Of a stretch of 64,000 bases of DNA, positions 31,707-43,330 are shown one piece after another. The stretch covers positions 896,001 to 960,000 of the forward strand of contig NZ_CP186926.1 of the NCBI RefSeq assembly GCF_049554935.1, given 5' to 3'. This stretch comes from Methanocaldococcus indicus (GTDB lineage Archaea > AGJL01 > Methanococci > Methanococcales > Methanocaldococcaceae). Both the position numbers and the translations under genes were made by a program. The notes below the pieces were generated by a model, which made no database searches, had not been told where the DNA came from, and worked only from the letters and a program-made list of their open reading frames with translations. How positions within the stretch are numbered: position 1 is the stretch's first letter; every line of letters starts with the position of its first letter.

Positions 31707-32999
31707 TTATTCTAAGAATTCTTTTATTTTTTCTGCTATTGTATCAAAGATATATTTAAATTTTTTCTCATCACTTTCTAATAGTGTTATTCTAAATCCA
31801 TTTAACTCTGTGCAGAAGGATGTAAGAGGAACTACACAAATTCCAGTCTCAGCTAAAAGTTGATAAACAAATTTTTTATCATGAGTATTAGGTTTTAAAC
31901 TATCTACAAACTCTTTTAAATTTTTATTATTTATTTTTATCTCATTTGCTCCATTTAAATATGTATTATCAAAAACAACACTCATATAAAAAGCTCCATT
32001 TGCTTTATTTACAATAACTCCATCTATATTCTTTAATAAATTATATGCTAAATTACTTCTCTTTTCATAAAGTTTATTTCTTTCTTTTAGATAGTTCTTA
32101 TATCTTCTATCTCCAAAAATCTTAGGTATAACTTTCTGGGGTAGTGTGGTTGAACACACCTCTATCAATTTAGCTCTATAAATACTATCTATGTATCTTT
32201 TAAATTCTTCATCTTTATCAGAATTATATACTTCAATCCAGCCACATCTTGCTCCTGGCCAAGGTAGTTCTTTTGAAATTCCTTTCAATGCTATTCCAGG
32301 CACATCATCAATAACATCACTTAACAATACTTGTTTTTTGTTGTTATATATAATATTACAATATATTTCATCAGAGATAATAAATAAATCAAATTCATTG
32401 GCTATATCAACTATCTCATCCAATATCTTTTTTGGATAAACAGCCCCAGTAGGATTGTCAGGATTGATTATTAGAATTCCACTAACAGCTGGGTTATACT
32501 TAATTCTTTTATATAAATCATCCATATCTGGGTACCAACAATCATGAGGATTTAAATAGTAGGTTAATGGAGGAGCTCCTGCATGTGCTGCCTCAGCAGA
32601 TGAATGGGTTGAATATGAAGGGGAAGGATTTATAACTCTAATCTCTCTCCTTAATAGTCCATATATCTTGGCTATTGCATCCCCTAATCCATTGAAAAAT
32701 ATAATATCTTCCTTATTTATTTGAGCTTTTCCTCTTTTATTCACTTCATTAGCTAAAAATTCTCTTGTCTCTTCTAACCCTTTTGTTGGAGAATATCCAT
32801 AACTTGAATCATCTTTAACTTCAGATATTATTATCTCTTTAATCCAATCAGGAATTTTTTCTCCTTTTGCTATTGGGTCTCCTATGTTTTCCCAAATTAT
32901 TTCTTTACCATAATTTTTGACTTTCTTAGCTATCTCTACAATTTCTCTAATCTCATAACTCAACTCCTTAGCTCCAATATCAATAATTGGATTTCTCAT
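31707..32999 (-). CDS. PLP-dependent aminotransferase class I/II
   Basis: NPDNPTG, SDEIY, SKELPWPGARCGW. Confidence 0.92.
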   Translation of the reverse strand: MRNPIIDIGAKELSYEIREIVEIAKKVKNYGKEIIWENIGDPIAKGEKIPDWIKEIIISEVKDDSSYGYSPTKGLEETREFLANEVNKRGKAQINKEDIIFFNGLGDAIAKIYGLLRREIRVINPSPSYSTHSSAEAAHAGAPPLTYYLNPHDCWYPDMDDLYKRIKYNPAVSGILIINPDNPTGAVYPKKILDEIVDIANEFDLFIISDEIYCNIIYNNKKQVLLSDVIDDVPGIALKGISKELPWPGARCGWIEVYNSDKDEEFKRYIDSIYRAKLIEVCSTTLPQKVIPKIFGDRRYKNYLKERNKLYEKRSNLAYNLLKNIDGVIVNKANGAFYMSVVFDNTYLNGANEIKINNKNLKEFVDSLKPNTHDKKFVYQLLAETGICVVPLTSFCTELNGFRITLLESDEKKFKYIFDTIAEKIKEFLE

Positions 33000-33010
33000 T
33001 TTTTCTCACT

Positions 33011-33787
33011 TTAATCAATGTTTTCAGCTAAGTATTTTAGAGCATCTTCTTCCATAAAGTGTAATTTTCCAGGAATTATAATACAGTGTAATGGCTTTCC
33101 AAAGTCATAATTTATAAGATTCTTTATTTTTCCATAAACAATTTTAGGATTTAAAGAGCCAGCTCTTGCTAAGACAACAACTTTCATATCTTCATTAATA
33201 ATATTTCCTTTCTCTTTTTTTTCCATATCTAACAATATCTTTAAAGCTTCATTAGCAGTCATAAACTTTTGAGTATCTTTCTCAACTACAATATCTAATA
33301 AACATAGTGTGTGTAGTCCTCTCTCTAAATTTTCTTTAATAACCTTGTAAGGTGTTGTTGGGAAATAGTTTTCAGATGGATAAACAATTGAAGCAGTTCT
33401 TCCAAATTTATAGAGTTGTAGGCCAGTAACTCCAACTGCTGAATATATGGAGGAGGAATGAATAACAACTGTCTCAACACCTCTTTTTTTTGCCTCAATA
33501 GCTAAATCAACATGTGTTGTTGCAACCATAGGGTCTCCAGCTGTAAGAAACATAATATTCTTATTTTTTGCTTCTTCAACTATTTTATATCCTTCCATCT
33601 CTACTTTTTCTCTATCTAATAGAATAATTTTTTTACCTAAAATTTTCTCAATTTTTTCAATAGTAGTTCCTGTTAATGTAGATGTGTAGAATTCAGCATA
33701 TATTTTATCTGCTTTTTTGGCAAATTCTACTGTTTTTAGTGGCATATCTAACTCATCATAAAGCCCTAATCCAGCAAAAATTAACAT
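33011..33787 (-). CDS. dph5: Diphthine synthase
   Basis: AEFYTS, GDPMVATTH, GLQLYKFG. Confidence 0.96.
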   Translation of the reverse strand: MLIFAGLGLYDELDMPLKTVEFAKKADKIYAEFYTSTLTGTTIEKIEKILGKKIILLDREKVEMEGYKIVEEAKNKNIMFLTAGDPMVATTHVDLAIEAKKRGVETVVIHSSSIYSAVGVTGLQLYKFGRTASIVYPSENYFPTTPYKVIKENLERGLHTLCLLDIVVEKDTQKFMTANEALKILLDMEKKEKGNIINEDMKVVVLARAGSLNPKIVYGKIKNLINYDFGKPLHCIIIPGKLHFMEEDALKYLAENID

Positions 33788-33793
33788 GTTTTT

Positions 33794-35020
33794 TCACTCT
33801 TCAACTCTTTTAAATTTATCTTTTTTATCTAATGGGACAGTTGCATCAATCCCTATTTTTGTTGTTGTCTTCTCTGCTGATGGGTCTAAGGATGAACCCT
33901 TACATCCAGGAATTATTATAATATCTCTATCTCCCTGGACTCTTGTGGCTATTGCATACTCAACATCATTAATATCAAATATATTTATGTCTTCATCTAC
34001 AACAACTACATGCTTTAAACTTGGATGAGCAGCTAATGCTGCTAATATTGCATTTTTTCCATCTCCATCAGTTCTTTTTTCTATTTGAACAACTGCATGT
34101 AACCAACAACAACCTCCTTCTGTTAAAACAACATTTTTAACTGTTGGAATTGTATTTCTTATAAATTTTAACATTCTTGGCTCTTGTGGTAGTCCCATTA
34201 AAGCTTTATGCTCTACCCCACCAGGAAGGAGAGCATGGAATATTGGTTTTTCTTTTCTTAAAAGATAATCTATTTCAATGATTGGCTGTTTTCTAACTTT
34301 ATCATAAGTTCCTGTTATATCAACAAATGGGCCCTCATCATCTAACTTATCTAAAATTCTACCTTTTATAATAAATTCTGCCTCAGGAATTAACATTCCA
34401 TCTAACTCAAAAACCTTTAAACCATTAGCTAATGTAGAGGCAAATTTTAGCTCATCAAAGTATATATCCCCAGATGTTGAAGCTGCTAATAAAACAGCAG
34501 GATGACAACCAATAGCTATAACAACATCTAAATATCCTTTCTCTTTCAAAGCTTTTGTATATAAAAAGTGTAAATGTCTCTGCTCAACCATTCTTATAAC
34601 TAAATAGTTATCCTTAACTAAAATTCTATGTATTGACAAATTATATCCATATTCCTCATCTTTAACAATAACTACTCCACTTGTTATATAACATCCAGGG
34701 TCATTCTTATAGTATTTTGGAATTGGCCATTTTTTTATTGAACTATCATTAATATATAAATCTCTTAAAGAATTGTCTATAATAAACTTCTCTTTCAAAT
34801 TTTCCATATTTTTGAGCATAAAAAATATAAAATCTTCTTTTTTTACATTAAAAAATTTAGCTAACCTTTCTCTATTCCATAAATTTCCAACAACTTCAAA
34901 ACCATCAACATCCTTTATATATACAGGAGAGTTATATGTTTTTAATATCTTTGCTATCTCATTTCTGTTTGCTTTATCTATAACAATTGGATTTAGCTTT
35001 TCAACTATCTCTCTTAACAT
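33794..35020 (-). CDS. UbiD-family decarboxylase (likely anhydromevalonate phosphate decarboxylase)
   Basis: EGPFVD, GSSLDPS, KIGIDAT. Confidence 0.88.
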   Translation of the reverse strand: MLREIVEKLNPIVIDKANRNEIAKILKTYNSPVYIKDVDGFEVVGNLWNRERLAKFFNVKKEDFIFFMLKNMENLKEKFIIDNSLRDLYINDSSIKKWPIPKYYKNDPGCYITSGVVIVKDEEYGYNLSIHRILVKDNYLVIRMVEQRHLHFLYTKALKEKGYLDVVIAIGCHPAVLLAASTSGDIYFDELKFASTLANGLKVFELDGMLIPEAEFIIKGRILDKLDDEGPFVDITGTYDKVRKQPIIEIDYLLRKEKPIFHALLPGGVEHKALMGLPQEPRMLKFIRNTIPTVKNVVLTEGGCCWLHAVVQIEKRTDGDGKNAILAALAAHPSLKHVVVVDEDINIFDINDVEYAIATRVQGDRDIIIIPGCKGSSLDPSAEKTTTKIGIDATVPLDKKDKFKRVEE

Positions 35021-35045
35021 TACAATCCCTCAAAAGTGATTATTT

Positions 35046-35978
35046 ATGATAAATCCTATTATATTATATTTAGCTGTTATCTTTGATATTGTTATTGGAG
35101 AACTTCCAGAAAAGATACATCCCACAGTATTAATTGGAAAACTTATTTATTTCTTAGAGGAATTATTTCCATCAACAAATTCAAAGAATAAATTTAGAGA
35201 TTTTATTTTTGGGTGTTTTATAACATTGATAACAGTTTTATCTGTTTTTATTGTTAGTTATTATATTGAGAAGGTAATTATTTCCTTAACTTTCCCAATT
35301 AATATTTTACTATATTCTTTTTTATTATCTACAACAATAGGATATAAATCTTTAAAGGAATTTTGTATAAAACCAATTGAAAATATAGAAGATTTAGAAA
35401 AAGCAAGAGAGTTAGTTAGTTGTGTTGTAAGTAGAAATACAAAAAATTTGGATAGAGAGCATATCTTATCAGCAGCAGTTGAAAGTTTATCAGAGAATAT
35501 CCCAGATAGTATAATTGCACCTCTTTTTTATGCTATATTCTTTGGACTACCAGGAGCTTTTGTTTATAGAGCTGTTAATACATTAGATGCTATGATAGGC
35601 TATAAGAATGATAAATACTTATATTATGGAAAATTAGCAGCAAGATTGGATGATATATTAACATTTATTCCTGCAAGGATTTCTGCATTTTTGTTAATTC
35701 TATTTGCTCCTTTATATTCAGGAGATATAAAAAAAGCTATAAAAGGGTTAAAGGAAGCTAAAAATGTTGATTCTATAAATTCAGGATATACTATGGCAGT
35801 TGTAGCAAATGCTTTAAATATTACATTAGAAAAGATAGGTTACTATAAATTAGGAAATGGAAAAATAACAAAAGATAAAGCTCTTAAAGCTTTTAAAGCA
35901 GTTGATTTTACAGTCTTTGGATTTTTGTTGTTATATACATTAATTTATATACTTAGTCATGGATACCTTTTTCAGTGA
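35046..35978 (+). CDS. cbiB: Cobalamin biosynthesis protein CobD/CbiB
   Basis: [24 protein letters not shown]. Confidence 0.94.
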   Translation: MINPIILYLAVIFDIVIGELPEKIHPTVLIGKLIYFLEELFPSTNSKNKFRDFIFGCFITLITVLSVFIVSYYIEKVIISLTFPINILLYSFLLSTTIGYKSLKEFCIKPIENIEDLEKARELVSCVVSRNTKNLDREHILSAAVESLSENIPDSIIAPLFYAIFFGLPGAFVYRAVNTLDAMIGYKNDKYLYYGKLAARLDDILTFIPARISAFLLILFAPLYSGDIKKAIKGLKEAKNVDSINSGYTMAVVANALNITLEKIGYYKLGNGKITKDKALKAFKAVDFTVFGFLLLYTLIYILSHGYLFQ

Positions 35979-36915
35979 TTCTAAAAGTAGCTTCTGCATC
36001 AGGGAGATGAGGGGAATCATAAAGTTTAGCTATTCTTTTATCTCCTTTAGCTTTCTTTAAGAATAATCTAAAAGTTGCGGCGTGTCCTACAATATTTCCA
36101 CCAATAGCTTGCTCAGCAGGACCAAAGAAAGCATCAGGTCTTGCGGCAACTTGGTTAGTTACTATAACGATACAGTTATATATATCAGCTAATTTATTAA
36201 GGGTGGCCATGTGTCTTGCAAGTTTTTGCTGTCTTTCTGCGAGCTTACCCATTCCTGTAAATTCAGTTCTGAATGTAGAGGTTAAGGAATCAACGATTAT
36301 TAATTTTATGTTATGTCCTTCATTTATTAAGTTTTCAACGTTCTCAGCATAGAGCATCTGCATATCGGAGTTATATGCTCTTGCTACAAAAGTATTCTCT
36401 AAAACTTTTTTGCCATCTATTCCAATAGCCTCAGCCATTTGTAAAATTCTTTCTGGTCTAAAAGTTCCTTCTGTGTCAATATAGACAGCTTTTGGCTCAT
36501 TTAATAAGTCATCTTTTATATTGTCATCTGCAATAATTCTCTCAGGACATTGTAAATTTACACATGCTTGATGTGCAATTTGTGTTTTTCCAGAACCAAA
36601 AGCTCCCGCAAATTCAGTTATAGATTGACTTTCAAAACCTCCTCCTAATATACTATCTAAATTTTTACTTCCAGTTGATAAGTGCCATATATATTTTCTT
36701 TGTTCTAATATATCAGTTCCTTTTTTGAATCCTAATTCACACATCTTCTTTGCAGCTTCTATAATCTTAGCAGCTGCTTTCTCACTAATTCCTTCTACTT
36801 CTGTTAGTTCTTTTATAGATGCAGTAGCAATTTTCATAAAATCAGTATATCCAGCTTCTCTTAATTTTTCAGCAGTTGATGGACCTACTCCTGGTAGTTC
36901 TGTCAAATCATCCAT
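35953..36915 (-). CDS. radA: DNA repair and recombination protein RadA
   Basis: [21 protein letters not shown]; no intein. Confidence 0.97.
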   Translation of the reverse strand: MDDLTELPGVGPSTAEKLREAGYTDFMKIATASIKELTEVEGISEKAAAKIIEAAKKMCELGFKKGTDILEQRKYIWHLSTGSKNLDSILGGGFESQSITEFAGAFGSGKTQIAHQACVNLQCPERIIADDNIKDDLLNEPKAVYIDTEGTFRPERILQMAEAIGIDGKKVLENTFVARAYNSDMQMLYAENVENLINEGHNIKLIIVDSLTSTFRTEFTGMGKLAERQQKLARHMATLNKLADIYNCIVIVTNQVAARPDAFFGPAEQAIGGNIVGHAATFRLFLKKAKGDKRIAKLYDSPHLPDAEATFRITEKGIHD

Positions 36916-37136
36916 AAAATAATCACCAGTAAATTTTAATTAATAAATGTAATATGGTGTATAATCTATATCTACCTTATAGATAATAAAGATTACTAAA
37001 AAATATTTGTTATATTTGGATATATTAAATTTACTTTAAATATAACTTTTGTGTAATTTAAATATACTTCTTGCCTTCTAATTTAGTATAAAATATTTAG
37101 GATTATTATATAATATAAAGTGATTAAAGTGAAAAA

Positions 37137-37763
37137 ATGAACAAGAAAGTAGCAATATTGGTCGATTGGGAAAACTTAAAAAATACTCTTATAGATTGTA
37201 GAAAAGAACTTAATAGGAGCAAAAATGACATTTCAGTATTTAGTGCAAGTAAATTATTAAAGTTGATTAAGAGGATAATAAATCCAGATGAAGAAATATT
37301 TAGGATTTATGTATATTTATCTGAACCTTTAAGAGAAGCAAAATGTGGAAAAGAAATATATTGTATTGAACAAGACGAACACGGAAGGAATTTATATTTA
37401 GAAACTATAAATTTTATAAATGATTTAAAAGCTGAAGACTATGTATTAATAAGAAAAGGAAAAACTGTATTTAGGGGTTTTAATAGAAACAATAAGCCAA
37501 TATTCATTCAAAAACAAGTTGATTTGTTAATAGGATTAGATATGTATAAGTTAAGTAGTGACAAGATTGTTGATAGAATTATTTTATTGTCATTAGATAC
37601 AGATTTAATTCCAGCTATTAAAGTTGCAAGAGATAATGGTGTCCAGATAGTGTTACCAGAATATATTCTAAAATATAGACCATTAAGTCTTATGCTAAAA
37701 GAAAATGCTGATATTATTAGAAAGATTGATATAGTTAAACTATTTAAAGAAATATATCTATAG
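37137..37763 (+). CDS. NYN (LabA/DUF88) domain protein
   Basis: ILVDWEN, QKQVD, LSLDTDLIP acidic motifs. Confidence 0.85.
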   Translation: MNKKVAILVDWENLKNTLIDCRKELNRSKNDISVFSASKLLKLIKRIINPDEEIFRIYVYLSEPLREAKCGKEIYCIEQDEHGRNLYLETINFINDLKAEDYVLIRKGKTVFRGFNRNNKPIFIQKQVDLLIGLDMYKLSSDKIVDRIILLSLDTDLIPAIKVARDNGVQIVLPEYILKYRPLSLMLKENADIIRKIDIVKLFKEIYL

Positions 37764-37767
37764 AAAT

Positions 37768-38469
37768 TTACTTTATTGAAAAAGAGATTCCTCCTTTTTT
37801 ACATGAGCTTTTACATTCAAAGCATCTTATGCACTCTTTTTGATTTACATTTTCAGTTATTTTTATTTGCATAGGACATTTAAATTCACACAATCTACAT
37901 TTTACACAGTTATTGTTAGTTTTTAGGATAAATAGTGGTCTTATTGAGAATATGCTTAAAAATGCCCCTAATGGGCAGAAATATCTACAAAAAGTCATTG
38001 GTAGGAAGAATGATGCTATCAAGAAAGTAATTAAAATAATTAAAGAGATAACTGTTCCATAAAGATTAGTTAAAAATCCTATTGGACATACCTTACAGAA
38101 GGCATAGGTAGCTAAGTAATAAGTTAAAACAAGTGATAAAATCATAACTAAATATTTAAAATATATAAGTTTGTTATGTAGTTCTTCACTAACTTTTGGT
38201 AATTTCTTTAATTTATATATCTTAGCTCTTAACTTATATGAAAGTTCCATTAAAAAACCAAATGGACACATCCATCCACAAAAAACTCTACCAAACAATA
38301 ATGTTAGAACAATAATTACTACTAATTTTAAAACTAAACTACCAAAAGAACCTTTTAATATAAACTTTTCAATTAATCCAAAAAAACAGAGGCAAAAACT
38401 TGTAAAAAATATAAAATAAATAAAAAAGAATATTTGAGATATTTTCCTCAATATCTGCACTTTATCCAT
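37768..38469 (-). CDS. NapH/MauN-like 4Fe-4S membrane protein
   Basis: [21 protein letters not shown] and two ferredoxin motifs. Confidence 0.88.
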   Translation of the reverse strand: MDKVQILRKISQIFFFIYFIFFTSFCLCFFGLIEKFILKGSFGSLVLKLVVIIVLTLLFGRVFCGWMCPFGFLMELSYKLRAKIYKLKKLPKVSEELHNKLIYFKYLVMILSLVLTYYLATYAFCKVCPIGFLTNLYGTVISLIILITFLIASFFLPMTFCRYFCPLGAFLSIFSIRPLFILKTNNNCVKCRLCEFKCPMQIKITENVNQKECIRCFECKSSCKKGGISFSIK

Positions 38470-39055
38470 TCAACCACCCAAACAATAAATCTCTTAAATT
38501 TATTGTTGAGAATAGGAAAGATATAATTTTGTCTATTATTGACTCATTATTGTTTTTAGCAGTGGTATTAGTAATTTTATTATTATTTTCAACTTTTATT
38601 TTACCCTCATCTATTAAACATTCAACAATAGCTCTTTTTACAACACTTGGAGATATTCCATATCTTTCTTTTATTTCTTCAATTGTGGTATCTAATGGAA
38701 CATTTATTTTTAATTTTTTCTCAAGGTCTTCAGGATTTATATTATATTTTTCACAAATCTCTTTTATTGTATATTTTTTCAGCTCTTTTCCAGGGATATT
38801 TACATATTCATTTATAAGTTCATCAGTTATCTCAATTTCTGTATTTGTTTGTGAGTCTATATTATTGTTGTTAGATTGTTCATTTGTTGTTGGAGCTGGC
38901 TCACTATGGTCACATATTCCATTGTTATTAGTGTCTATATATCTTCCACACTCCCCTGGATATGTGCAATTCACTCTACCAAAAGGACAGTCATTCCATG
39001 CAAATGCTATATTTGTTAGCATTAGTATAACAATAATGGCTATTGCTATTCTCAT
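38462..39055 (-). CDS. Secreted Cys-rich hypothetical protein
   Basis: Signal peptide, [29 protein letters not shown] motif. Confidence 0.8.
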   Translation of the reverse strand: MRIAIAIIVILMLTNIAFAWNDCPFGRVNCTYPGECGRYIDTNNNGICDHSEPAPTTNEQSNNNNIDSQTNTEIEITDELINEYVNIPGKELKKYTIKEICEKYNINPEDLEKKLKINVPLDTTIEEIKERYGISPSVVKRAIVECLIDEGKIKVENNNKITNTTAKNNNESIIDKIISFLFSTINLRDLLFGWLNG

Positions 39056-39069
39056 ATCCTCACCAACCT

Positions 39070-39095
39070 AATATGTAGTATTTTTACTACATATT
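39070..39095. promoter_or_regulatory. Perfect 11-bp inverted repeat (candidate operator)
   Basis: AATATGTAGTA-tttt-TACTACATATT between TATA box and RBS of the 39055 gene. Confidence 0.55.
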
Positions 39096-39188
39096 GAATT
39101 TAAATTTTTATTATATAAATATTAAGTATATTATAATAATTTAAATATTTAAGTTATTAGATTAATATATGTAAAAACTTATATTAAA

Positions 39189-39703
39189 TTAGTTATCCTC
39201 CAAGAGGCTCGATTTTAACAATATTTAAAAGGTATAAATGGTGAATGAAATGGATTACGTTTCCATCCTCCAAGAGGCACGATTTTAACTATTAACCATT
39301 TCCTATTTGAAAATATCAATATGTGTAAATGGTTTCCATCCTCCAAGAGGCACGATTTTAACCATTTTTGTTTTATTTGTTGATTTAAATTTATTAATTT
39401 GTTTCCATCCTCCAAGAGGCACGATTTTAACGAGTGTTGAAAAAATTGAACTCATCAAAAATAACATTGGTTTCCATCCTCCAAGAGGCACGATTTTAAC
39501 GTGATTACACTCCCCAAATTACTGTTGATGATGTCCAAGTTTCCATCCTCCAAGAGGCACGATTTTAACAATGAAAAAGTTAAATGGAGAATTAATTACA
39601 ACAAAGTTTCCATCCTCCAAGAGGCACGATTTTAACCCAACATAAAGACTTTACAGTAAATAAGACAGCAGAGTTTCCATCCTCCAAGAGGCACGATTTT
39701 AAC
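39189..39703 (-). CRISPR. CRISPR array: 8 repeats (31 bp, one degenerate), 7 spacers of 36-42 bp
   Basis: GTTTCCATCCTCCAAGAGGCACGATTTTAAC at 39259, 39332, 39401, 39470, 39539, 39606, 39673; degenerate copy at 39189; minus-strand repeat ends in GAAAC. Confidence 0.98.
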
Positions 39704-40080
39704 AGGAATATTTTAGACATAATAACATTAACGACCTTCTCATATATAAGCTTTTCTACATAAAAATTTTCGAAGGGTAGGTTTCCCTATTCATTTATAA
39801 TTCATTTATATACCTTCGAACTTTTATAAAAATCTTTCTATTCTCAATTATTCAATTAAAAATTTTTTATATCTAAAAACTAAACCAATTTATTAGGGAT
39901 TTTCAAATATTAAAAGAAACAACTTAAAACTCCAAAAAATCCCAATAAATTATATAATCAAAATATATAAAATATTCAAAATATAGACTCCCTCTGAATT
40001 TTCCTAAAAATCCTTTAAATTAAAAATAACCAACTAAAACTCAATAAAATTAAAAAATAAAGATTTTTAGCGTGATAATT
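39704..40080 (-). promoter_or_regulatory. CRISPR leader (distal boundary approximate)
   Basis: AT-rich non-coding region opposite the degenerate repeat; minus-strand AAAAGCTTATATA BRE/TATA about 40 bp from the first repeat; TTCGAAGG(G)TA inverted pair. Confidence 0.8.
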
Positions 40081-40099
40081 GTTATCTGAATATTTAAAA

Positions 40100-40744
40100 T
40101 TATAAACCTGTGTAGATATTATATCTATCATCCCTTAGAAATCCAATTAAAAGAATATTATGTTTTTTTGCAAGTTCAATAGCTTTGTATGTTGGAGGAG
40201 ATTTAGAGATAACAACAGGAATATTTGTGTTAATAACCTTCTTCATAATCTCTGAGTTTATTCTACCACTGTATCTTAAAATTAATTCATTCAAGTTATA
40301 TCCTTTCCTATAACAGTAGCCTATAACTTTATCAACTGCATTATGTCTCCCAATATCTTCCACAAATACAATTAAATCATCTTTAAACATTGTTGCCCAA
40401 TGAAAAGCTCCTGTTAATTTCCAATACTTTGGTTCAATTTTATAGGATATAGCTCTTTTTAAGCTCTCTTTAGATATCTTAACTTTATTTTGTCTATATT
40501 CTTTCTTATATCCAAATATACAAATGTCATTTTTATCTATTTCAACTCTATCAACAACATTTAAATATCCCTCAGAAATAGCAAAACCATAAGCAAAATC
40601 TTCTAAGTTATTTGGAGACAAAATAGAGGATGTTATATATTTATTATTAATATATATATTAACTTCAAATTCATCTGCCACATAATCATCATCTTCTATT
40701 AATCTATTGTTTATAAATCTTAATACTCTCACTTTTCTAATCAT
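40100..40744 (-). CDS. fdhD: Formate dehydrogenase accessory protein FdhD
   Basis: TGAFH, EDIGRHNAVDKVIG, SGRI. Confidence 0.92.
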   Translation of the reverse strand: MIRKVRVLRFINNRLIEDDDYVADEFEVNIYINNKYITSSILSPNNLEDFAYGFAISEGYLNVVDRVEIDKNDICIFGYKKEYRQNKVKISKESLKRAISYKIEPKYWKLTGAFHWATMFKDDLIVFVEDIGRHNAVDKVIGYCYRKGYNLNELILRYSGRINSEIMKKVINTNIPVVISKSPPTYKAIELAKKHNILLIGFLRDDRYNIYTGL

Positions 40745-40817
40745 CTACACCACAAATTATATATAAATCTTTAATAGTTATTATCATAAAACAAATTTAA
40801 GGTTTTGGTGGTGAAAC

Positions 40818-41066
40818 ATGGAAAGAATATATACAATATCTTTTAGAGATATAATCAATAAATCAGTTAGAAAAAAAAGAGCTCCAAGAGCAATAAAAAA
40901 GATAAGAAACTTTTTAAAAAGACATATGAAAGCTGAAATAGTTAAGATAGACAATGATTTAAATGAGAAAATTTGGGCAAGAGGTATAGAAAAACCACCA
41001 GCAAGAGTAAGAATTAAAGCAATTAAAGAAGATGAGAATGTTGTTGTTGCTAAATTGGCAGAGTGA
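40818..41066 (+). CDS. rpl31e: 50S ribosomal protein L31e
   Basis: [21 protein letters not shown]. Confidence 0.96.
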   Translation: MERIYTISFRDIINKSVRKKRAPRAIKKIRNFLKRHMKAEIVKIDNDLNEKIWARGIEKPPARVRIKAIKEDENVVVAKLAE

Positions 41067-41071
41067 TTTTT

Positions 41072-41749
41072 ATGATAATAAAAAAATACTTCTCAGGAAT
41101 TCCTACAATTGGAGTTCTATCTTTAACTAATGAAGACATAACCTTACTACCTATTTTTTTAGATGAGAAAGATATTGATGAGGTTAAAAATGTTTTAAAG
41201 ACAAATGTTTTAAAAACAAATATTGGAGGTAGCTCTTTACTTGGTTCATTGGCTGTTTTAAATAAATATGCTCTTCTCTTACCAAAAATTGTAGATAAAG
41301 ATGAATTAAGAATTTTAGAGAACTTCTTAGATGAATATGATATATTAATCCACATATTAAAATCTAAAAATACTGCCTTAGGTAATCTAATCCTTACTAA
41401 TGATAAAGGGGCTTTAATATCTCCTGAATTAAAAGAGTTCAAAAAAGAAGTTGAAGATGCTTTAAATGTTCCTGTTGAGGTTGGAGAGATAGCAGAGTTG
41501 CCAACTGTTGGAAGTAATGCAGTTGTAACTAACAAAGGTTTGTTAGTTCATCCACTAACAGAAGATGATGAATTGGAATTTTTAAAAGATTTGTTTAAAG
41601 TAGAATATTATGGAAAAGGAACAGCAAATAAAGGAACTACATCTGTTGGGGCTTGTATAATTGCCAATTCTAAGGGAGCAGTTGTTGGTGGAGATACAAC
41701 TGGGCCAGAGTTGTTAAGAATTGAAGATGCATTAGGATTAATTGAATAA
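41072..41749 (+). CDS. eif6: Translation initiation factor 6
   Basis: GTANKG, TTGPEL; follows rpl31e. Confidence 0.96.
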   Translation: MIIKKYFSGIPTIGVLSLTNEDITLLPIFLDEKDIDEVKNVLKTNVLKTNIGGSSLLGSLAVLNKYALLLPKIVDKDELRILENFLDEYDILIHILKSKNTALGNLILTNDKGALISPELKEFKKEVEDALNVPVEVGEIAELPTVGSNAVVTNKGLLVHPLTEDDELEFLKDLFKVEYYGKGTANKGTTSVGACIIANSKGAVVGGDTTGPELLRIEDALGLIE

Positions 41750-41763
41750 TGAGGGCATAGAAA

Positions 41764-43320
41764 ATGTTGGAAGTTGTAGCTTATGATATTGGTAGAGTTT
41801 GTAAAGATAAAAATAACAATGAAACTCCTTCTTTAATCTCTTTTGATTTTGATGACTATATAGCTATGCCTTATGACTGTGAAGATATATATGAAAAGTT
41901 TGAGAAATCTTTTATTTTTGAGAAAGATAACATTAAATATCAGATTTTGAACTATGGAAAATATTTAGAAAAAGCTGAAATAAAAAAAGCAGATATTTAT
42001 GTATTAATAGATAGTAGAATATTAATTCAAAGGAAAGAGCTAATACATATAAAAGAGATTAGACAAAAGATTTCTCCAAATTCAGCTATTTTATTTCCAT
42101 CAGTTTATCCTTGGGAAATTCCTCTTTTAGTTTATCTTGGTGTAGATTACTTTACAGATTTATCTGACTATTTAGCTTCATTAGGATATAGATTAACAAA
42201 AAATAGGGCTATAAAATCAGATTTAGATTTTGAAGAATTGAGAGAGATAAATAAAAAAGTATATGAAGATATCCTTTTAGAGGTTAGAGAAGCTATAAAA
42301 AATGGATATTTAAGGAATGTTGTTGAGGAAACCTCTATATCACACCCATACCTTTGGGCAAATTATAAAAGATACAAACCTGATTTAAGATTTATCCCTC
42401 TATCAAAAGAAAACAAAGTTATTGTTACAGCAAATATTAATGTTCCTGAGGTTGAAAAGTATCTTGAAAGATTGGAGTTTTATGAGCCATTTTCAAATGT
42501 TGTAGTCCTTTTACCCTGTTCAGCTAAAAAACCTTATTCAACATCAAAGTCACATAGAATATTTAAAGAATATTTGAAAGGTTTTACTGTTGAGGAAGTT
42601 GTATTAACATCTCCTTATGGTTTAGTTCCAAGGGCTTTGGAGAGAGTAGTTAATTATGATATTCCTGTTACAGGAGAATGGAGTTATGAAGAAAAAGAGT
42701 TAATAAATAGGTTATTAAAATCTTTTATAGAAAATGTTAAGAAAAAATTTGGAGATTGTATTGTTATTGCTCATCTTCCTAAACATTACTATGAAATTTT
42801 AGAGATTGATTGTATAAAGACAGGAGACAATCCTCTAAGTAAAGAATCTCTTAATAACTTAAGGAAAATACTAAATGAATATAAAGATATTACAAAAAAT
42901 AAAAGTAAGAAAGAGCAAATAATTCACAACATTAAAGAGCTTGCTAAGTTTCAATTTGAAATTGACTTTATTCCAGATGATATAAAAATAAACAGAAAAG
43001 AACAAATATTTTATAATAATAGGCAAATAGCATCTATAAATCAAAAGAATGGGTTATTAGTTTTAACTTACTATGGTGGAGAGCTATTATGGAATAAAGG
43101 TTTTAAAGATAGTTATTATATAGAGGTTAGCTATGATATAAAAAAAGGAACATTATTTCCTCCAGGATTTGTAGATTGTAATGACTCTATCTCTTATAAA
43201 GATGAAGTTATTTTCATTAAAGAAGATGAATATTTAGGAGTAGGAAGAGCATTAATGCCAGGAATTGAAATGAAAAAAGCTGAACATGGAGGATTAGCTA
43301 TTATAAGAAAGGTGAAATAA
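41764..43320 (+). CDS. arcS: Archaeosine synthase subunit alpha
   Basis: LLPCSAKKPYSTSKSH, YDIPVTGEW, C-terminal PUA domain. Confidence 0.9.
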   Translation: MLEVVAYDIGRVCKDKNNNETPSLISFDFDDYIAMPYDCEDIYEKFEKSFIFEKDNIKYQILNYGKYLEKAEIKKADIYVLIDSRILIQRKELIHIKEIRQKISPNSAILFPSVYPWEIPLLVYLGVDYFTDLSDYLASLGYRLTKNRAIKSDLDFEELREINKKVYEDILLEVREAIKNGYLRNVVEETSISHPYLWANYKRYKPDLRFIPLSKENKVIVTANINVPEVEKYLERLEFYEPFSNVVVLLPCSAKKPYSTSKSHRIFKEYLKGFTVEEVVLTSPYGLVPRALERVVNYDIPVTGEWSYEEKELINRLLKSFIENVKKKFGDCIVIAHLPKHYYEILEIDCIKTGDNPLSKESLNNLRKILNEYKDITKNKSKKEQIIHNIKELAKFQFEIDFIPDDIKINRKEQIFYNNRQIASINQKNGLLVLTYYGGELLWNKGFKDSYYIEVSYDIKKGTLFPPGFVDCNDSISYKDEVIFIKEDEYLGVGRALMPGIEMKKAEHGGLAIIRKVK

Positions 43321-43330
43321 ATTGTTAGTG

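Noticed and set aside
39215-39504. Three short ORFs with repeated peptides
   Set aside because: Translations of CRISPR repeats and spacers
39220-39672. Self-targeting spacers against the integrated element or the IS
   Set aside because: No match seen by eye within the window; needs an alignment to exclude
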